Assembly: GCA_965248845.1 (NCBI GenBank)
Contig: CBDFKO010000002.1
Location: forward strand, 1,820,564 to 1,884,563
DNA: 64,000 nt
Source of the DNA: Acidobacteriota bacterium
GTDB taxonomy: Bacteria; Acidobacteriota; UBA890; WLXD01
Direction: 5' to 3'
Shown here: positions 50,000-59,906 of the stretch, in pieces
How the letters are laid out: each line of letters opens with the position of its first letter
Numbering within the stretch: position 1 is the first letter of the stretch
The notes under the pieces: model-generated
What the model was told of the DNA's origin: nothing
The model's database searches: none
What the model saw: the letters and a program-made list of their open reading frames with translations, nothing else
Made by a program: the position numbers and the translations under genes

Positions 50000-50532
50000 G
50001 TCGTCTCCTCAACCAGTTCGTGGATCGTGTGATCGAGTTCGTGGATCGTGTGATCGAGCATCGCGTCGCCGTCGAAGATGAAGCGCCCGAAGAAGCGCTT
50101 GCCTTGGAGAAGCATCGGCAGCCAAAGGACGTTGTCGGCCCACATCTCGTCGTAAGGAATCCGATCGATCTCGAACCAGACGGGCGTCGCCTCGGCGGTT
50201 TCCGTCGGGCTGCCCGTGAAGTCGCTGGCGCGGAAGACCTGCACGTGGATCGAGTAGCCGTCGACAAACTGGAACTCGAGCTCGCCGTGCCAGCGGATCC
50301 CGCCTGCGGTCACGCAGACCTCCTCTTGAACCTCGCGAATGGCCCCCCGCATCGGTGTCTCGCCGGGTTCCAAGCGGCCGCCTGGGCCGTTGATCTTGCC
50401 GGCGCCGAGCCCACGCTTCTTGCGGATCAGCAGGATCCGATCGTCGCGCACCACGAACAGCAGGGTGGCCTGATCGACGGCCGTCCACGATTGCCAGTCG
50501 ATCTCGGCTATGCGACGGGCTCGGTGCGGCAC
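49987..50532 (-). CDS. NUDIX hydrolase (MutT-like) with a duplicated C-terminal heptad
   Basis: Nudix box GPGGRLEPGETPMRGAIREVQEEVCV. C-terminus ...LDHTIHELDHTIHELVEETTWSG. Confidence 0.7.
   Translation of the reverse strand: MPHRARRIAEIDWQSWTAVDQATLLFVVRDDRILLIRKKRGLGAGKINGPGGRLEPGETPMRGAIREVQEEVCVTAGGIRWHGELEFQFVDGYSIHVQVFRASDFTGSPTETAEATPVWFEIDRIPYDEMWADNVLWLPMLLQGKRFFGRFIFDGDAMLDHTIHELDHTIHELVEETTWSG
50015..50056 (-). repeat. perfect 21-bp tandem duplication (AGTTCGTGGATCGTGTGATCG x2), giving an in-frame DHTIHEL x2 repeat at the NUDIX C-terminus
   Basis: Seen directly. No mismatch between the two units. Confidence 0.85.
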
Positions 50533-50536
50533 CTGC

Positions 50537-51460
50537 TCAGGCCTCCCCGATCTGCTCGGCGCCGGCCGGCCACGTCCCGCCCAGGAACTGATCGATCGCC
50601 GGCATGACTCTCGACGGCGACTCGAGGTAGGGAAGATGCGCCGCGTCGTCGATCGTCAACAGGCGGGCGTTGGGAAGTCGAGCTGCCCAGTCACGCCCTG
50701 CGCCGTAGGGCGAGTTGCGATCGAGCTTGCCGTGAACCGTTAGCACTGGCGACTCCACCGCACCGATCTGCTCGTCGGACAGCTGCAGGCGCTCGAGGCT
50801 CGGGAAGATGTTGCGGGTCAGGTGGCTCTCCATGTTGACCGGCCACTCGTTCTCGAACTCGCAGTAGTGGTCGCCGATACGATCGACTTTGGCGGGGTCG
50901 GCGACGAAGACCGTACGCATGAACGCCCACCAGTGGCCGCAGAATCCCTGCGGGTCGGACGCCGGCCGGCCCTCCTCGCGGAGCTGCTGCAGCCGCCGCG
51001 CACCCTCGGAGCTTGCCAGCTCCTCCAGATCCGGCGACGTCAGGGGGGCGGGATACCGCGTGCCATGCACCGGCGGAGCGGGACCGATCTGCACGAGCCG
51101 GCCGACCCGTTCCGGGTTGGTGACGGCGTACAGGATCACCATCAGGCCGAGGTAGGAGTGGCCGATCATGTGCGGGCGCTCGAGCTTGAAGTAGCGCCGC
51201 ACCGTCTCGAGATCCTCGACGTCGTGGTGCACTCCCCGGTGCAGCTGCGCCCGGTCGGTAACTGGCGCCGAGCGCCCACGGTTGCGCAGGTCGTAGGCGA
51301 TCAAGGTGTAGCTGCGTGCCAGCCACGCGAAGTGCTCCAGCAGGTAGATGGCGTTGGGCACGATAACTGCCGCGTCGCCCTCGCCGAGTCGGTAGACGCA
51401 CAGCTGTGTACCGTCGGGGGTCGGCACCAAGCCCTGTTGGAGATCCGCAGGCTCGCTCAT
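50537..51460 (-). CDS. alpha/beta-fold hydrolase (proline-iminopeptidase-like)
   Basis: Nucleophile elbow GHSYLG, HGxxD-type lid region. Start chosen at MSEPADLQQ, which avoids overlap with the upstream gene. Confidence 0.65.
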   Translation of the reverse strand: MSEPADLQQGLVPTPDGTQLCVYRLGEGDAAVIVPNAIYLLEHFAWLARSYTLIAYDLRNRGRSAPVTDRAQLHRGVHHDVEDLETVRRYFKLERPHMIGHSYLGLMVILYAVTNPERVGRLVQIGPAPPVHGTRYPAPLTSPDLEELASSEGARRLQQLREEGRPASDPQGFCGHWWAFMRTVFVADPAKVDRIGDHYCEFENEWPVNMESHLTRNIFPSLERLQLSDEQIGAVESPVLTVHGKLDRNSPYGAGRDWAARLPNARLLTIDDAAHLPYLESPSRVMPAIDQFLGGTWPAGAEQIGEA

Positions 51461-51464
51461 GGCT

Positions 51465-52226
51465 TTAGAGATACTGCTTGCGGGCACGGACGGAGACAAA
51501 CCGGTCCTCCTCCGCGATCCAGGCCGTCAAGTGCCCCCCCCACACGCAGCCGGTGTCGAGCCCCCTAACCCGCTTGCCGACGACCCGACCTCGAGCCGAC
51601 CAGTGGCCGAACACGACCCGGCGTCGAGAGCGGTAGAAGGCGTCCCACGGTTTGTACGGCGCGGCGATCGGTCCCGGCCTACCGTCGTGGCACCGCGCCG
51701 AGGCTTGGCTCACCAGGCGCGCCGGGGCCCGGCGGCCGTGCGAGTCGCAGTAACGCACCCGCGTGGCGAAGGCGAGGCTGGGCTTGCGCAACGGATCGCC
51801 GGGGCGCCACAAGGCCTCCTGGAGCCGCCGGGCGGTTGGCTCGGGTCCCTCCCAGACAGGGCTGATCCCGGCATGGATCAGGACGATGTCCTTCCAGATG
51901 CGCATGAGCGGTTGGGCGTAGAGCCAGTCGAACAGCTCGTTGAAGTCCTTGGCCGCGAGGATCCCGTCGAGCGTGTCGGAACGGCGGACCGAGCGCGTGC
52001 CCTCGGCGCAACCGATCAGTTGCAGCTCGTGGTTGCCGAGCACCGCCCCCGTGGCCACCTCCCTGGCCAGTCGCAGCGCCTTGAGCGACTCGGGGCCGCG
52101 GTTCACCACATCGCCGACGAAGTACAGCTCATGCTTCGCGGGCCTGAACTTCAGCTTGGCGAGCAGGTCCTCGAGCTCGGTGGCGCAGCCGTGCACGTCG
52201 CCGATGAAGATGCGCTTCTTTGCCAT
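51465..52226 (-). CDS. ApaH-like metallophosphoesterase (symmetrical diadenosine tetraphosphatase / PPP-family phosphatase)
   Basis: GDVHGC...GDVVNRGPES...GNHE metallophosphatase signature at the N-terminus. Confidence 0.7.
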   Translation of the reverse strand: MAKKRIFIGDVHGCATELEDLLAKLKFRPAKHELYFVGDVVNRGPESLKALRLAREVATGAVLGNHELQLIGCAEGTRSVRRSDTLDGILAAKDFNELFDWLYAQPLMRIWKDIVLIHAGISPVWEGPEPTARRLQEALWRPGDPLRKPSLAFATRVRYCDSHGRRAPARLVSQASARCHDGRPGPIAAPYKPWDAFYRSRRRVVFGHWSARGRVVGKRVRGLDTGCVWGGHLTAWIAEEDRFVSVRARKQYL

Positions 52227-52229
52227 ATC

Positions 52230-52511
52230 TCAGCGAACCACGATGCTTCGGTGGGCCACGCGAACCACGGTGACGACCAGTCGGTCGGCGCGGATTCTGT
52301 AGAGGATCCGATAGTCGCGGTGACGCAACCGGTACTTGTCTGCGCCGGAGAGCTTGACGCATCCGGCGGGTCGCGGATCCACGGCCAGGGAGCGGATGCG
52401 CTTCACCACCGCCCGTCGCAGCTTCTTCGTTGGGAGCCAGTCGATCTCCTTGGCCGCAGATGGCTTGATGAATAGCCGGTAGCGTCTAGCCGGCCTCCTA
52501 GAGCCGTCCAC
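52230..52511 (-). CDS. type II toxin, RelE/ParE family
   Basis: YRLFIKPSAAKEIDWLP...KLSGADKYRLRHRDYRILYRI...LVVTVVRVAHR follows the RelE/ParE fold pattern. Probable GTG start overlapping the antitoxin stop by 14 nt. Confidence 0.65.
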   Translation of the reverse strand: MDGSRRPARRYRLFIKPSAAKEIDWLPTKKLRRAVVKRIRSLAVDPRPAGCVKLSGADKYRLRHRDYRILYRIRADRLVVTVVRVAHRSIVVR

Positions 52512-52737
52512 GCCGCTTCAGGTCCCGGACGAAATCCTCGAACGGATAGTCGGGTTCCGACTCACGAACCTCGAGAAGTTCCAGGTCGTCGGCATCCTCC
52601 GCCAGGCTGCCTCGGACGGCCGCGTTGACTAGATCCGAGATCGACTCGTCGAGCTCTACGGCCTTCAGCTTGAGGGCGCGGTGCACGGCACTCTCGAAGT
52701 ACACCGTGGCGCGCTTGGCTAGTTTGGTCATGCGCAC
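52498..52737 (-). CDS. type II antitoxin (RHH/ParD-like)
   Basis: MTKLAKRATVYFESAVHRALKLKAVE has a ribbon-helix-helix-type N-terminus. 5' of and overlapping the RelE/ParE gene. Confidence 0.55.
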   Translation of the reverse strand: MRMTKLAKRATVYFESAVHRALKLKAVELDESISDLVNAAVRGSLAEDADDLELLEVRESEPDYPFEDFVRDLKRRGRL

Positions 52738-52877
52738 AACCTAACGTTAGGACGTCCAAACGTCAAGACGTTAGAGCGTTGTCCTTGTTCTCGAGTGGGG
52801 CGACCGGCCTCTGCGGCTTTGCTAAGCTCTGAGCGCTCTCGACCTTGCTTTCCCTCGGCTACCGGAAACGATCGACG

Positions 52878-54332
52878 ATGAGCAAGAAGCCGGTACGGCA
52901 ACAGAAGACAGACGCGCGCGCCCCGCTCTCGCGACGCGACCTGGTGCGTCTCGGGGCAACTGGCGTGGGGGCAGCGGTGCTCGGCACTCCGGCACTCGCC
53001 AGGCCGGTCCACGCACAGATCAGCACGAAGCCCGGGCAGATTCGGACCTGGTCGGGCGGCGAGATGCTCGATCGCGGCCTCGAGCTCGGCCCGGCTCCGG
53101 CCGTCCGGTTCGCCGCGCCGCCGATCGATCAGGTACGCATCGGCTTCGTCGGCACCGGCGGCATGGGCACCGCGCACGTCCGCAACCTGACGCGCCTGGA
53201 GGGCTGCGTGGTCGCGGCGGTCGCCGATATCGACGAGGGCAACGCCGAGCGCGCCGCATCGCTGATCCAGGAGGCGGGTCACCCGCCACCGAAGCTCTAC
53301 ACCGATGGTCCGACCGACTTCGTCCGCATGCGTGAGAGCCATGAGCTCGATCTCGTCTATACGGCGACGCCCTGGCGCTGGCACGTCCCAGTCTGTCTTG
53401 CTGCGCTCGAGAGCGGCAAGCATGCCTGTTCCGAGGTGCCGATCGCGGTGACGCTCCAGGAGTGCTGGCAGCTCGTCGAGGCGGCCGAGAAGCACCAGCG
53501 CCACTGCATCATGATGGAGAACGTCTGCTACGGCCGTACCGAGATGATGGTGCTCAACCTGGTGCGCCAGGGGCTGCTCGGCGAGATCGTCCATGCCGAG
53601 TGTGGCTACCTGCACGACCTGCGCGACATCAAGTTCGCCGACGAGGGCGAGGGCATGTGGCGCCGGGCCCACTCCATGCTGCGCGACGGCAATCTCTACC
53701 CCACCCACGGGCTCGGCCCGGTGTCGCAGTGCATGAACATCAACCGGGGTGACCGCTTCGACTACCTGGTTTCGATGAGCAGCCCGTCACGCGGTCTGCA
53801 GGAGTTCGCCCGTGATCACTATCCGGAGGGGGACCCGAAGCGCTCCGAGACCTTCGCCCTCGGCGACGTCAACACCAGCCTGATCAAGACCGCAAACGGC
53901 AAGACCATCATCCTGGGCCACGACACCAACCTGCCGCGCCCCTACAGCCGTATCAACATGGTCCAGGGCACGCGTGGCATCTTCCAGGGCTATCCCGACC
54001 GCGTCTACATCGAGGGGCGCAGTCCGGCGCACCGGTGGGAGGAGGCCGACAGCTACCGCGCGCAGTTCGACCACCCGCTTTGGCGGCGGCTCGAGGAGGA
54101 GTCGGAGGGCGCCGGGCACGGCGGCATGGACTTCGTCGAGGACTGGCGTCTGATCGCCTGCCTGCGCCAGGGTGTGCCGTACGATGTCGACGTCTACGAC
54201 GCGGTGGCCTTGAGCGCGGTGTCGGAGATCTCGGAGCGTTCGGTGGCCGCCGGCTCCGCCCCGGTGCCGTTCCCCGATTTCACGCGTGGGCGCTGGAAGC
54301 AGTACCCGCCACTGGAAATCGTCGGAGGCTAG
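52878..54332 (+). CDS. Gfo/Idh/MocA-family oxidoreductase with Tat signal
   Basis: SRRDLVRLGATGVGAAVLGTPALARPVHA Tat-type signal. Rossmann segment IGFVGTGGMGTAHV. Confidence 0.75.
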   Translation: MSKKPVRQQKTDARAPLSRRDLVRLGATGVGAAVLGTPALARPVHAQISTKPGQIRTWSGGEMLDRGLELGPAPAVRFAAPPIDQVRIGFVGTGGMGTAHVRNLTRLEGCVVAAVADIDEGNAERAASLIQEAGHPPPKLYTDGPTDFVRMRESHELDLVYTATPWRWHVPVCLAALESGKHACSEVPIAVTLQECWQLVEAAEKHQRHCIMMENVCYGRTEMMVLNLVRQGLLGEIVHAECGYLHDLRDIKFADEGEGMWRRAHSMLRDGNLYPTHGLGPVSQCMNINRGDRFDYLVSMSSPSRGLQEFARDHYPEGDPKRSETFALGDVNTSLIKTANGKTIILGHDTNLPRPYSRINMVQGTRGIFQGYPDRVYIEGRSPAHRWEEADSYRAQFDHPLWRRLEEESEGAGHGGMDFVEDWRLIACLRQGVPYDVDVYDAVALSAVSEISERSVAAGSAPVPFPDFTRGRWKQYPPLEIVGG

Positions 54333-54337
54333 CGCGC

Positions 54338-54703
54338 ATGCTCTGGCTGCGCGGTATCGGCGGAGTGGTTGCGGGCTACGTCTTCGCGGCCTACGCCAAC
54401 ATGGGCTGGGTCCTGTGGTGGTACTTCGGCGATCGGACCATGCACATCGGGCTACTGGGGATCCTCACGATCGCGATGTTCGCGGCCAGCGGCTGGGTGG
54501 GTGGCGCGCTGCTCAAGCTGATCGCCGGGCCGACGACACGGATCGCCGGCAACGTTGCGACCGCCCTGATCGTGCTGGCCGGCGCCGTCAACCTCGGCAT
54601 GGGGGTGGCAGCGGAGCCCGCCTGGCACACGCTGATGGCGATCCTCGTCCAGGCCCCGGTGCTGCTGCTGGCGGCGCGCATCAGCTGGGGGACCCCGCCC
54701 TGA
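54338..54703 (+). CDS. hypothetical membrane protein (121 aa, about 4 TM)
   Basis: MLWLRGIGGVVAGYVFAAYANMGWVLWWYF...; hydrophobic helices throughout. No family recognised. Confidence 0.4.
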   Translation: MLWLRGIGGVVAGYVFAAYANMGWVLWWYFGDRTMHIGLLGILTIAMFAASGWVGGALLKLIAGPTTRIAGNVATALIVLAGAVNLGMGVAAEPAWHTLMAILVQAPVLLLAARISWGTPP

Positions 54704-54737
54704 ACGGATAGGCTTACCCGTGACAGACTGAAGAGCC

Positions 54738-57161
54738 ATGTCGAGATCCAGTCCATTGCGTGACCGGCTGGCACGGATCCGCGGCGCGCCGGTGCTCCGT
54801 GACCTGCAACCGTACGAGGCGCTGGTCGAGGCGATCGGCGAGCAGGAGTCGGAGCTGCGGCGCCTGTCGGACGCGGATCTCACCGACCAAGCCAGGTCGG
54901 TGGGGCGCCGGGCCCGCGACCACACCGATCTCGACGCCCTCCTGGTGCCGGTGTTCGCGGCGGCGCGTGAAGCGTCGGTGCGGGCGCTCGGACTGCGTCC
55001 GTACGACGAGCAGATCATCGCCGGGATCGCCATGCACCGGGGCAACGTTGCCGAGCAGCAAACCGGTGAGGGCAAGACCTTGGCGGCCGTGGCGCCGGTC
55101 ACGCTCAATGCACTTACTGGGCGCGGCGTCCACGTGCTCACCTTCAACGACTATCTGGCGCGCCGCGACGCCGTCTGGATGGGGCCGATCTACGCGCTCC
55201 TCGGCCTCAGCGTCGGCACCGTGCAGGAGGGCATGGATGCAGCGGCGCGCCGGGCAGCCTATGCCTGCGACGTTACCTATCTGACCGCGAAGGAGTCCGG
55301 CTTCGACTTCCTGCGCGATGCACGCGCCACCGACACCGAGCTGGTTCACCGCCCGTTCCACTACGCGATCGTCGATGAGGCCGACTCGATCCTCATCGAC
55401 GAGGCCCGGATACCGCTGGTGATCGCCGGCGCTACCGAGCGCCTCGAGGGCGGCCCGGAGCGCATGGCCGCGCTGGTGCGGAAGCTGGGGCCGGAGCACT
55501 GGGAGACCGACGAGAACGATCGCGGCGTCGCCCTCACGGACCCCGGGATGCGGTTCGCGGAGGCCAAGCTCGGCGTCGACAACCTCACCGATGCCGACAA
55601 CCTGCCGCTGCTCGGTCTGCTCAACAACGCCCTGCACGCCGAGGTGCTGCTGAGGTGCGACGTCGACTACATCGTCCGCGGTGGCAAGGTCGAGCACGTG
55701 GACGAGTTCACCGGCCGGGTGGTCGAGGATCGTCACTGGCCCGATGGGCTACAGGCGGCGCTCGAGGCCAAAGAGGGAGTCCGTCTGCAGCGCGAGGGCA
55801 AGATCCTCGGCCAGATCACCCTGCAACACTTCCTGCACAAGTACCCGCGGCTCGCCGGCATGACCGCCACCGCGCAGGGCGCTGCCGAGGAGTTACGGCA
55901 TTTCTACGAGCTCGAGACCGTGGTGATCCCCACCCACCGGCCGTGCGCCCGGCACGACGAGGCCGACGTGGTGTTCACCCATCAGGAGGCCAAGCGCGCG
56001 GCGCTGGTACGGGAGATCCGAGCCAGTCGGGCCGCCGGCCGGCCGGTGCTCGTGGGTACCGCGAGCGTGCGGGAGTCGGAGGCGCTGGCCGCCGAGCTGC
56101 GAGACCTGGGGGTAGCGTGCGAGGTGCTCAACGCGCGCACCGACGAGCAGGAGGCGCGCATCATCGCCGAGGCCGGCGCGCCCGGTGCGGTGACCATCTC
56201 GACCAACATGGCGGGGCGGGGGACCGATATTCGGCTCGGGGGTGCCGACGAGGCTCGGCGCGACGCCGTGGTCGCGGCGGGCGGGCTGTACGTCATCGGC
56301 ACCAATCGCCACGAGAGCGTCCGCGTCGACAACCAGTTACGGGGCCGCGCCGGGCGCCAGGGAGATCCGGGTGCCTCCCGTTTCTTCGTCAGCCTCGAGG
56401 ACGAGCTGATCGTGCGCTTCGGTCTGCGCAAGCTGATTCCGGCGCCCCTGATTCCGGCCCCTCAGGAGAATCCGGTTGAGGATCCGGTCATCCGCCGCGA
56501 GATCGCCAGGGCCCAGCGTGTCGTCGAGGGGCAGAACCTGGAGATCCGCAAAACGCTGTTTCGCTACTCCAACCTGCTCGAGGAGCAGCGCAAGATCGTC
56601 CAGGGACGCCGCCGCGAGCTCCTGCTGCGGCTGGCGCCGCCCGACCTGGTGGCCACCCAAGATCCGGAGCACCATGCTCGCCTGGTCGCGGCGGCCGGGG
56701 CCGTGGCCGTGGCCGAGGCCGAGCGCCTCGTTACGCTCTTTCACATCGACGTGTGCTGGGCCGAGCATCTCGACGAGTTGGCCGACATGCGTGAGGGGGT
56801 CCACCTGATGCGGCTAGGCCGGCGGGATCCGCTGGGACACTACCAGCAACACATCACCGAGGAGTTCCTGCGCCTACGCGAACGCATCGCCGAGCGCGTG
56901 CTCGGGACCATGACGGCCATCCAGATCACCGAGGAGAGCATCGACCTCGCGGCCATCGGCCTCAAGGGGCCCTCCTCGACATGGACCTACCTGATCAACG
57001 ACGATCCTTTCCGCGGTGCGCTACAGAATGCCCTGGGCGGCGGTGGCGGCTTTGCCTTCGGTGCGGCCTTCTGGTGGCCCCTGCTGATGGCCTGGCACTT
57101 GGCGCGCCGCCGCAAGATCAAGCGGGAGCGCCAGCGGAGTTTCAACACGGACCAGTCATGA
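54738..57161 (+). CDS. secA: SecA-family preprotein translocase ATPase (short, 807 aa, lacks canonical C-terminal Zn-binding tail)
   Basis: EQQTGEGKTLAAVAPVTLNALTGRGVHVLTFNDYLARRDA (Walker A/NBD1), IVDEADSILIDEARIPLVIAG (DEAD), TNMAGRGTDIRLGG, helical scaffold. Ends in a basic tail ...HLARRRKIKRERQRSFNTDQS. Confidence 0.8.
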   Translation: MSRSSPLRDRLARIRGAPVLRDLQPYEALVEAIGEQESELRRLSDADLTDQARSVGRRARDHTDLDALLVPVFAAAREASVRALGLRPYDEQIIAGIAMHRGNVAEQQTGEGKTLAAVAPVTLNALTGRGVHVLTFNDYLARRDAVWMGPIYALLGLSVGTVQEGMDAAARRAAYACDVTYLTAKESGFDFLRDARATDTELVHRPFHYAIVDEADSILIDEARIPLVIAGATERLEGGPERMAALVRKLGPEHWETDENDRGVALTDPGMRFAEAKLGVDNLTDADNLPLLGLLNNALHAEVLLRCDVDYIVRGGKVEHVDEFTGRVVEDRHWPDGLQAALEAKEGVRLQREGKILGQITLQHFLHKYPRLAGMTATAQGAAEELRHFYELETVVIPTHRPCARHDEADVVFTHQEAKRAALVREIRASRAAGRPVLVGTASVRESEALAAELRDLGVACEVLNARTDEQEARIIAEAGAPGAVTISTNMAGRGTDIRLGGADEARRDAVVAAGGLYVIGTNRHESVRVDNQLRGRAGRQGDPGASRFFVSLEDELIVRFGLRKLIPAPLIPAPQENPVEDPVIRREIARAQRVVEGQNLEIRKTLFRYSNLLEEQRKIVQGRRRELLLRLAPPDLVATQDPEHHARLVAAAGAVAVAEAERLVTLFHIDVCWAEHLDELADMREGVHLMRLGRRDPLGHYQQHITEEFLRLRERIAERVLGTMTAIQITEESIDLAAIGLKGPSSTWTYLINDDPFRGALQNALGGGGGFAFGAAFWWPLLMAWHLARRRKIKRERQRSFNTDQS

Positions 57162-58150
57162 TCGCGAAGCACGAACCCGTCACCCCCGAGCAGGCGCGCC
57201 AAGCCGCAGCGCGTATCGAACCGGTGATCACCCGCACGCCGTTGACCCGGCTCGAGGTTGACGCCCCGTGCGAGATCTGGCTGAAGCTGGAGAACCTGCA
57301 GCCCATTCGCTCGTTCAAGATCCGCGGCGGCGCCAACCTGATGTTGTCGCAGGAGCCGGGCGCGCTCGATGCCGGTGTCTGGACAGCGAGCGCCGGCAAT
57401 ATGGCCCAGGGCGTGGCCTGGTGTGCCCGCAGCCTCGGCATCGAATGCACCGTCGTCGTGCCCGAGGGCGCCCCCGAGACCAAGATCGAGGCGGTGCGGC
57501 GCCTCGGCGGCCGCGTCGTGCGCGTTGGTTTCGAGGACTGGTTCCGGATCTACGAAACCCGCCAGTACGACGGGGTCGACGGGTTGTTCGTCCACGCGTT
57601 CAGCGACCACCGGGTGATGGCCGGCAATGCCACCATCGCCCTCGAGATCCTCGAGGATCTGCCCGACGTCGATACCGTGCTGATCCCCTATGGAGGTGGT
57701 GGCCTGAGTTGCGGTATCGCCGCGGTGATCAATGCCCTGCACCCCGAGACCCGCTGCTGGGCGGTCGAGCCAGAGAGTGCCGCGCCCCTGCACGCGGCAT
57801 TCCAGGCGGGTCACCCGGTGGACATCGAGTACGGGCGCAGCTTTGTGGACGGGGCGGGCGGGCCGCGACTGTTCCCCGAGATGTGGGATCTCGCCAACCT
57901 ATTGCTCCAGGGCCCCCTTGCGGTACCCCTGGACGCCACCGCCGACGCCGTGCGGCTTCTGGCACGCAGCAGCGCGGTAGTCGCCGAAGGGGCTGGGGCC
58001 CTGCCGGTTGCTGCGGCGCGCGCCGGGGTCGCCGGCGGCGGTAAGGTCGTGTGCATCGTCTCGGGCGGCAACATCGACGCCGATCTGCTGGCCGAGATAC
58101 TCGGCCCGGGGCGGGCCATTCCCGGGCTCCCGCCGCCGGCCGTGCCATGA
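57158..58150 (+). CDS. threonine/serine ammonia-lyase (PLP fold type II, no ACT domain)
   Basis: SFKIRG PLP-lysine motif, glycine-rich SAGNMAQG, C-terminal GGGL loop. ATG overlaps the secA stop (ATGA). Confidence 0.75.
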   Translation: MIAKHEPVTPEQARQAAARIEPVITRTPLTRLEVDAPCEIWLKLENLQPIRSFKIRGGANLMLSQEPGALDAGVWTASAGNMAQGVAWCARSLGIECTVVVPEGAPETKIEAVRRLGGRVVRVGFEDWFRIYETRQYDGVDGLFVHAFSDHRVMAGNATIALEILEDLPDVDTVLIPYGGGGLSCGIAAVINALHPETRCWAVEPESAAPLHAAFQAGHPVDIEYGRSFVDGAGGPRLFPEMWDLANLLLQGPLAVPLDATADAVRLLARSSAVVAEGAGALPVAAARAGVAGGGKVVCIVSGGNIDADLLAEILGPGRAIPGLPPPAVP

Positions 58151-58182
58151 TCAGACCACCGTCATCCCTGCCGGAGGCCGCC

Positions 58183-59906
58183 ATGAAGAGCTTCGTTCCC
58201 ACCCTGCTTTGTGTCCTCGTCCTGGCCGCCGGATGTCTTCCGGTGAACTCCGGCCTCGAGTTCGCGATCTCGTTCCGGGCTGAGACCCTGGAGCAACCGG
58301 TCGACGGCAGGATCATCTTGATCCTCGCGGCGTCGGATCGCAGCGAGCCGCGGTTCCAGGTGGGCCCCGGTGTCGATGCGGCGCAGATCTTCGGCGTCGA
58401 TGTCGATGCTCTGGCGCCGGGTGCGTCGGCCGTCCTGGACAGCGGGGTCTTCGGCTTTCCGGTGGAGGATCTCGCCCAGTTCCCGCCGGGCGAATACTGG
58501 GTGCAAGCGGTGCTGCATCGGTACGAGACGTTCGAGCTGTCGAGCGGGCACACCGTCAAGCTGCCGATGGATCGAGGCGAGGGGCAGCAGTGGAACCGGG
58601 CGCCCGGAAATCTCTACAGCGCACCGCAGACGATTCGGGTCGAGCCTGCTTCGGGCGGCCGTGTCGAGATCGTGCTCGATCAGGTGATTGCACCGATCGA
58701 GCCGCCCGAGGACACGCAGTACGTCAAACACATCAGCATGCAGAGCGAGCTTCTGACCGAGTTCTGGGGCGGCCGATGTCGCTCGGGGCCCACGTTCTGC
58801 TGCCGGAGGGCTTTGACGAGCACCCCGAGGTGCGCTACCCGATCGCCATCTTCCAGGGGCACTTCCCGAGCGACTTCGGCGGCTTCCGTACCGAGCCACC
58901 AGACCCGGACCTCGAGCCCGACTACAGCACGCGCTTCGATCTGGAGGGGTACAACCGTGTCCAGCAGCAGGAGGCGTACGACTTCTACAGGACGTGGACC
59001 CGCCCCGACTTTCCGCGCATGCTGATCGTCGAGATTCAGCATCCGACGCCCTACTACGACGACTCCTACGCCGTGAACTCCGCCAGTCAGGGCCCCTGGG
59101 GCGACGCCATCACCTACGAGCTGATCCCCTACATCGAGGCACAGTTCCGCGGCATCGGCGAGGGCTGGGCCCGCTTCCTGTACGGCGGCTCGACCGGCGG
59201 CTGGGAGGCCCTGGCGGTGCAGGTCTTCTACCCGGACGAGTACAATGGCACGTTCGCCGCCTGCCCGGATCCGATCGACTTCCGTGCCTACACGCTGGTC
59301 AACATCTACGACGACGACAACGCCTACTTCATCGACGGGCCGTTCCACCGGGTCGAGCGTGCCGGCCGGCGTGACTGGCTCGGACAGGTCAGCGTCACCG
59401 TCCGCGACGACAACCTGCACGAGCTGGCGCTGGCGACACACGGCCGCTCCGGCCAGCAGTGGGACATCTGGCAGGCGACCTACTCGCCGCAGGGCCCGGA
59501 CGGCTACCCGCAGCCGATCTGGGACAAGCGCACCGGCGAGATCGACCACGAGGTCGCCGAGTACTGGCGCGACAACTACGACCTGTCCCACATCCTGCAG
59601 CGCGACTGGGCGACGCTGGGACCCAAGCTCGAGGGCAAGATCCACATCTACGTCGGCGACATGGACAACTACTATCTGAACAACGCGGTCTACCTGACGG
59701 AGGAGCGCCTGGAGAGCACCACCGACCCGTACTATGGCGGCGTGGTCGACTACGGCGATCGGGCCGAGCACTGCTGGAACGGCGACCACGACAACCCGAA
59801 CGCCATCTCGCGGTTGCGCTACAACACGATGTACGTGCCGCGCATCCTCGAGCGTATCCAGGAGTCCGCGCCGCCGGGTGCTGATCTGACGAGCTGGCGC
59901 TACTAG
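58183..59906 (+). CDS. lipoprotein of the esterase family (PF00756-like), one 1-nt frameshift near 58775
   Basis: Lipobox LVLAAGC. After ...TEFWGG the frame shifts in a G-rich run to continue RPMSLGAHVLLPEGFDEHPEVRYPIAIF...FLYGGSTGGWEALAV (esterase GxSxG-like). Stop codon TAG forms part of the CTAG target of IS5 copy B. Confidence 0.6.
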
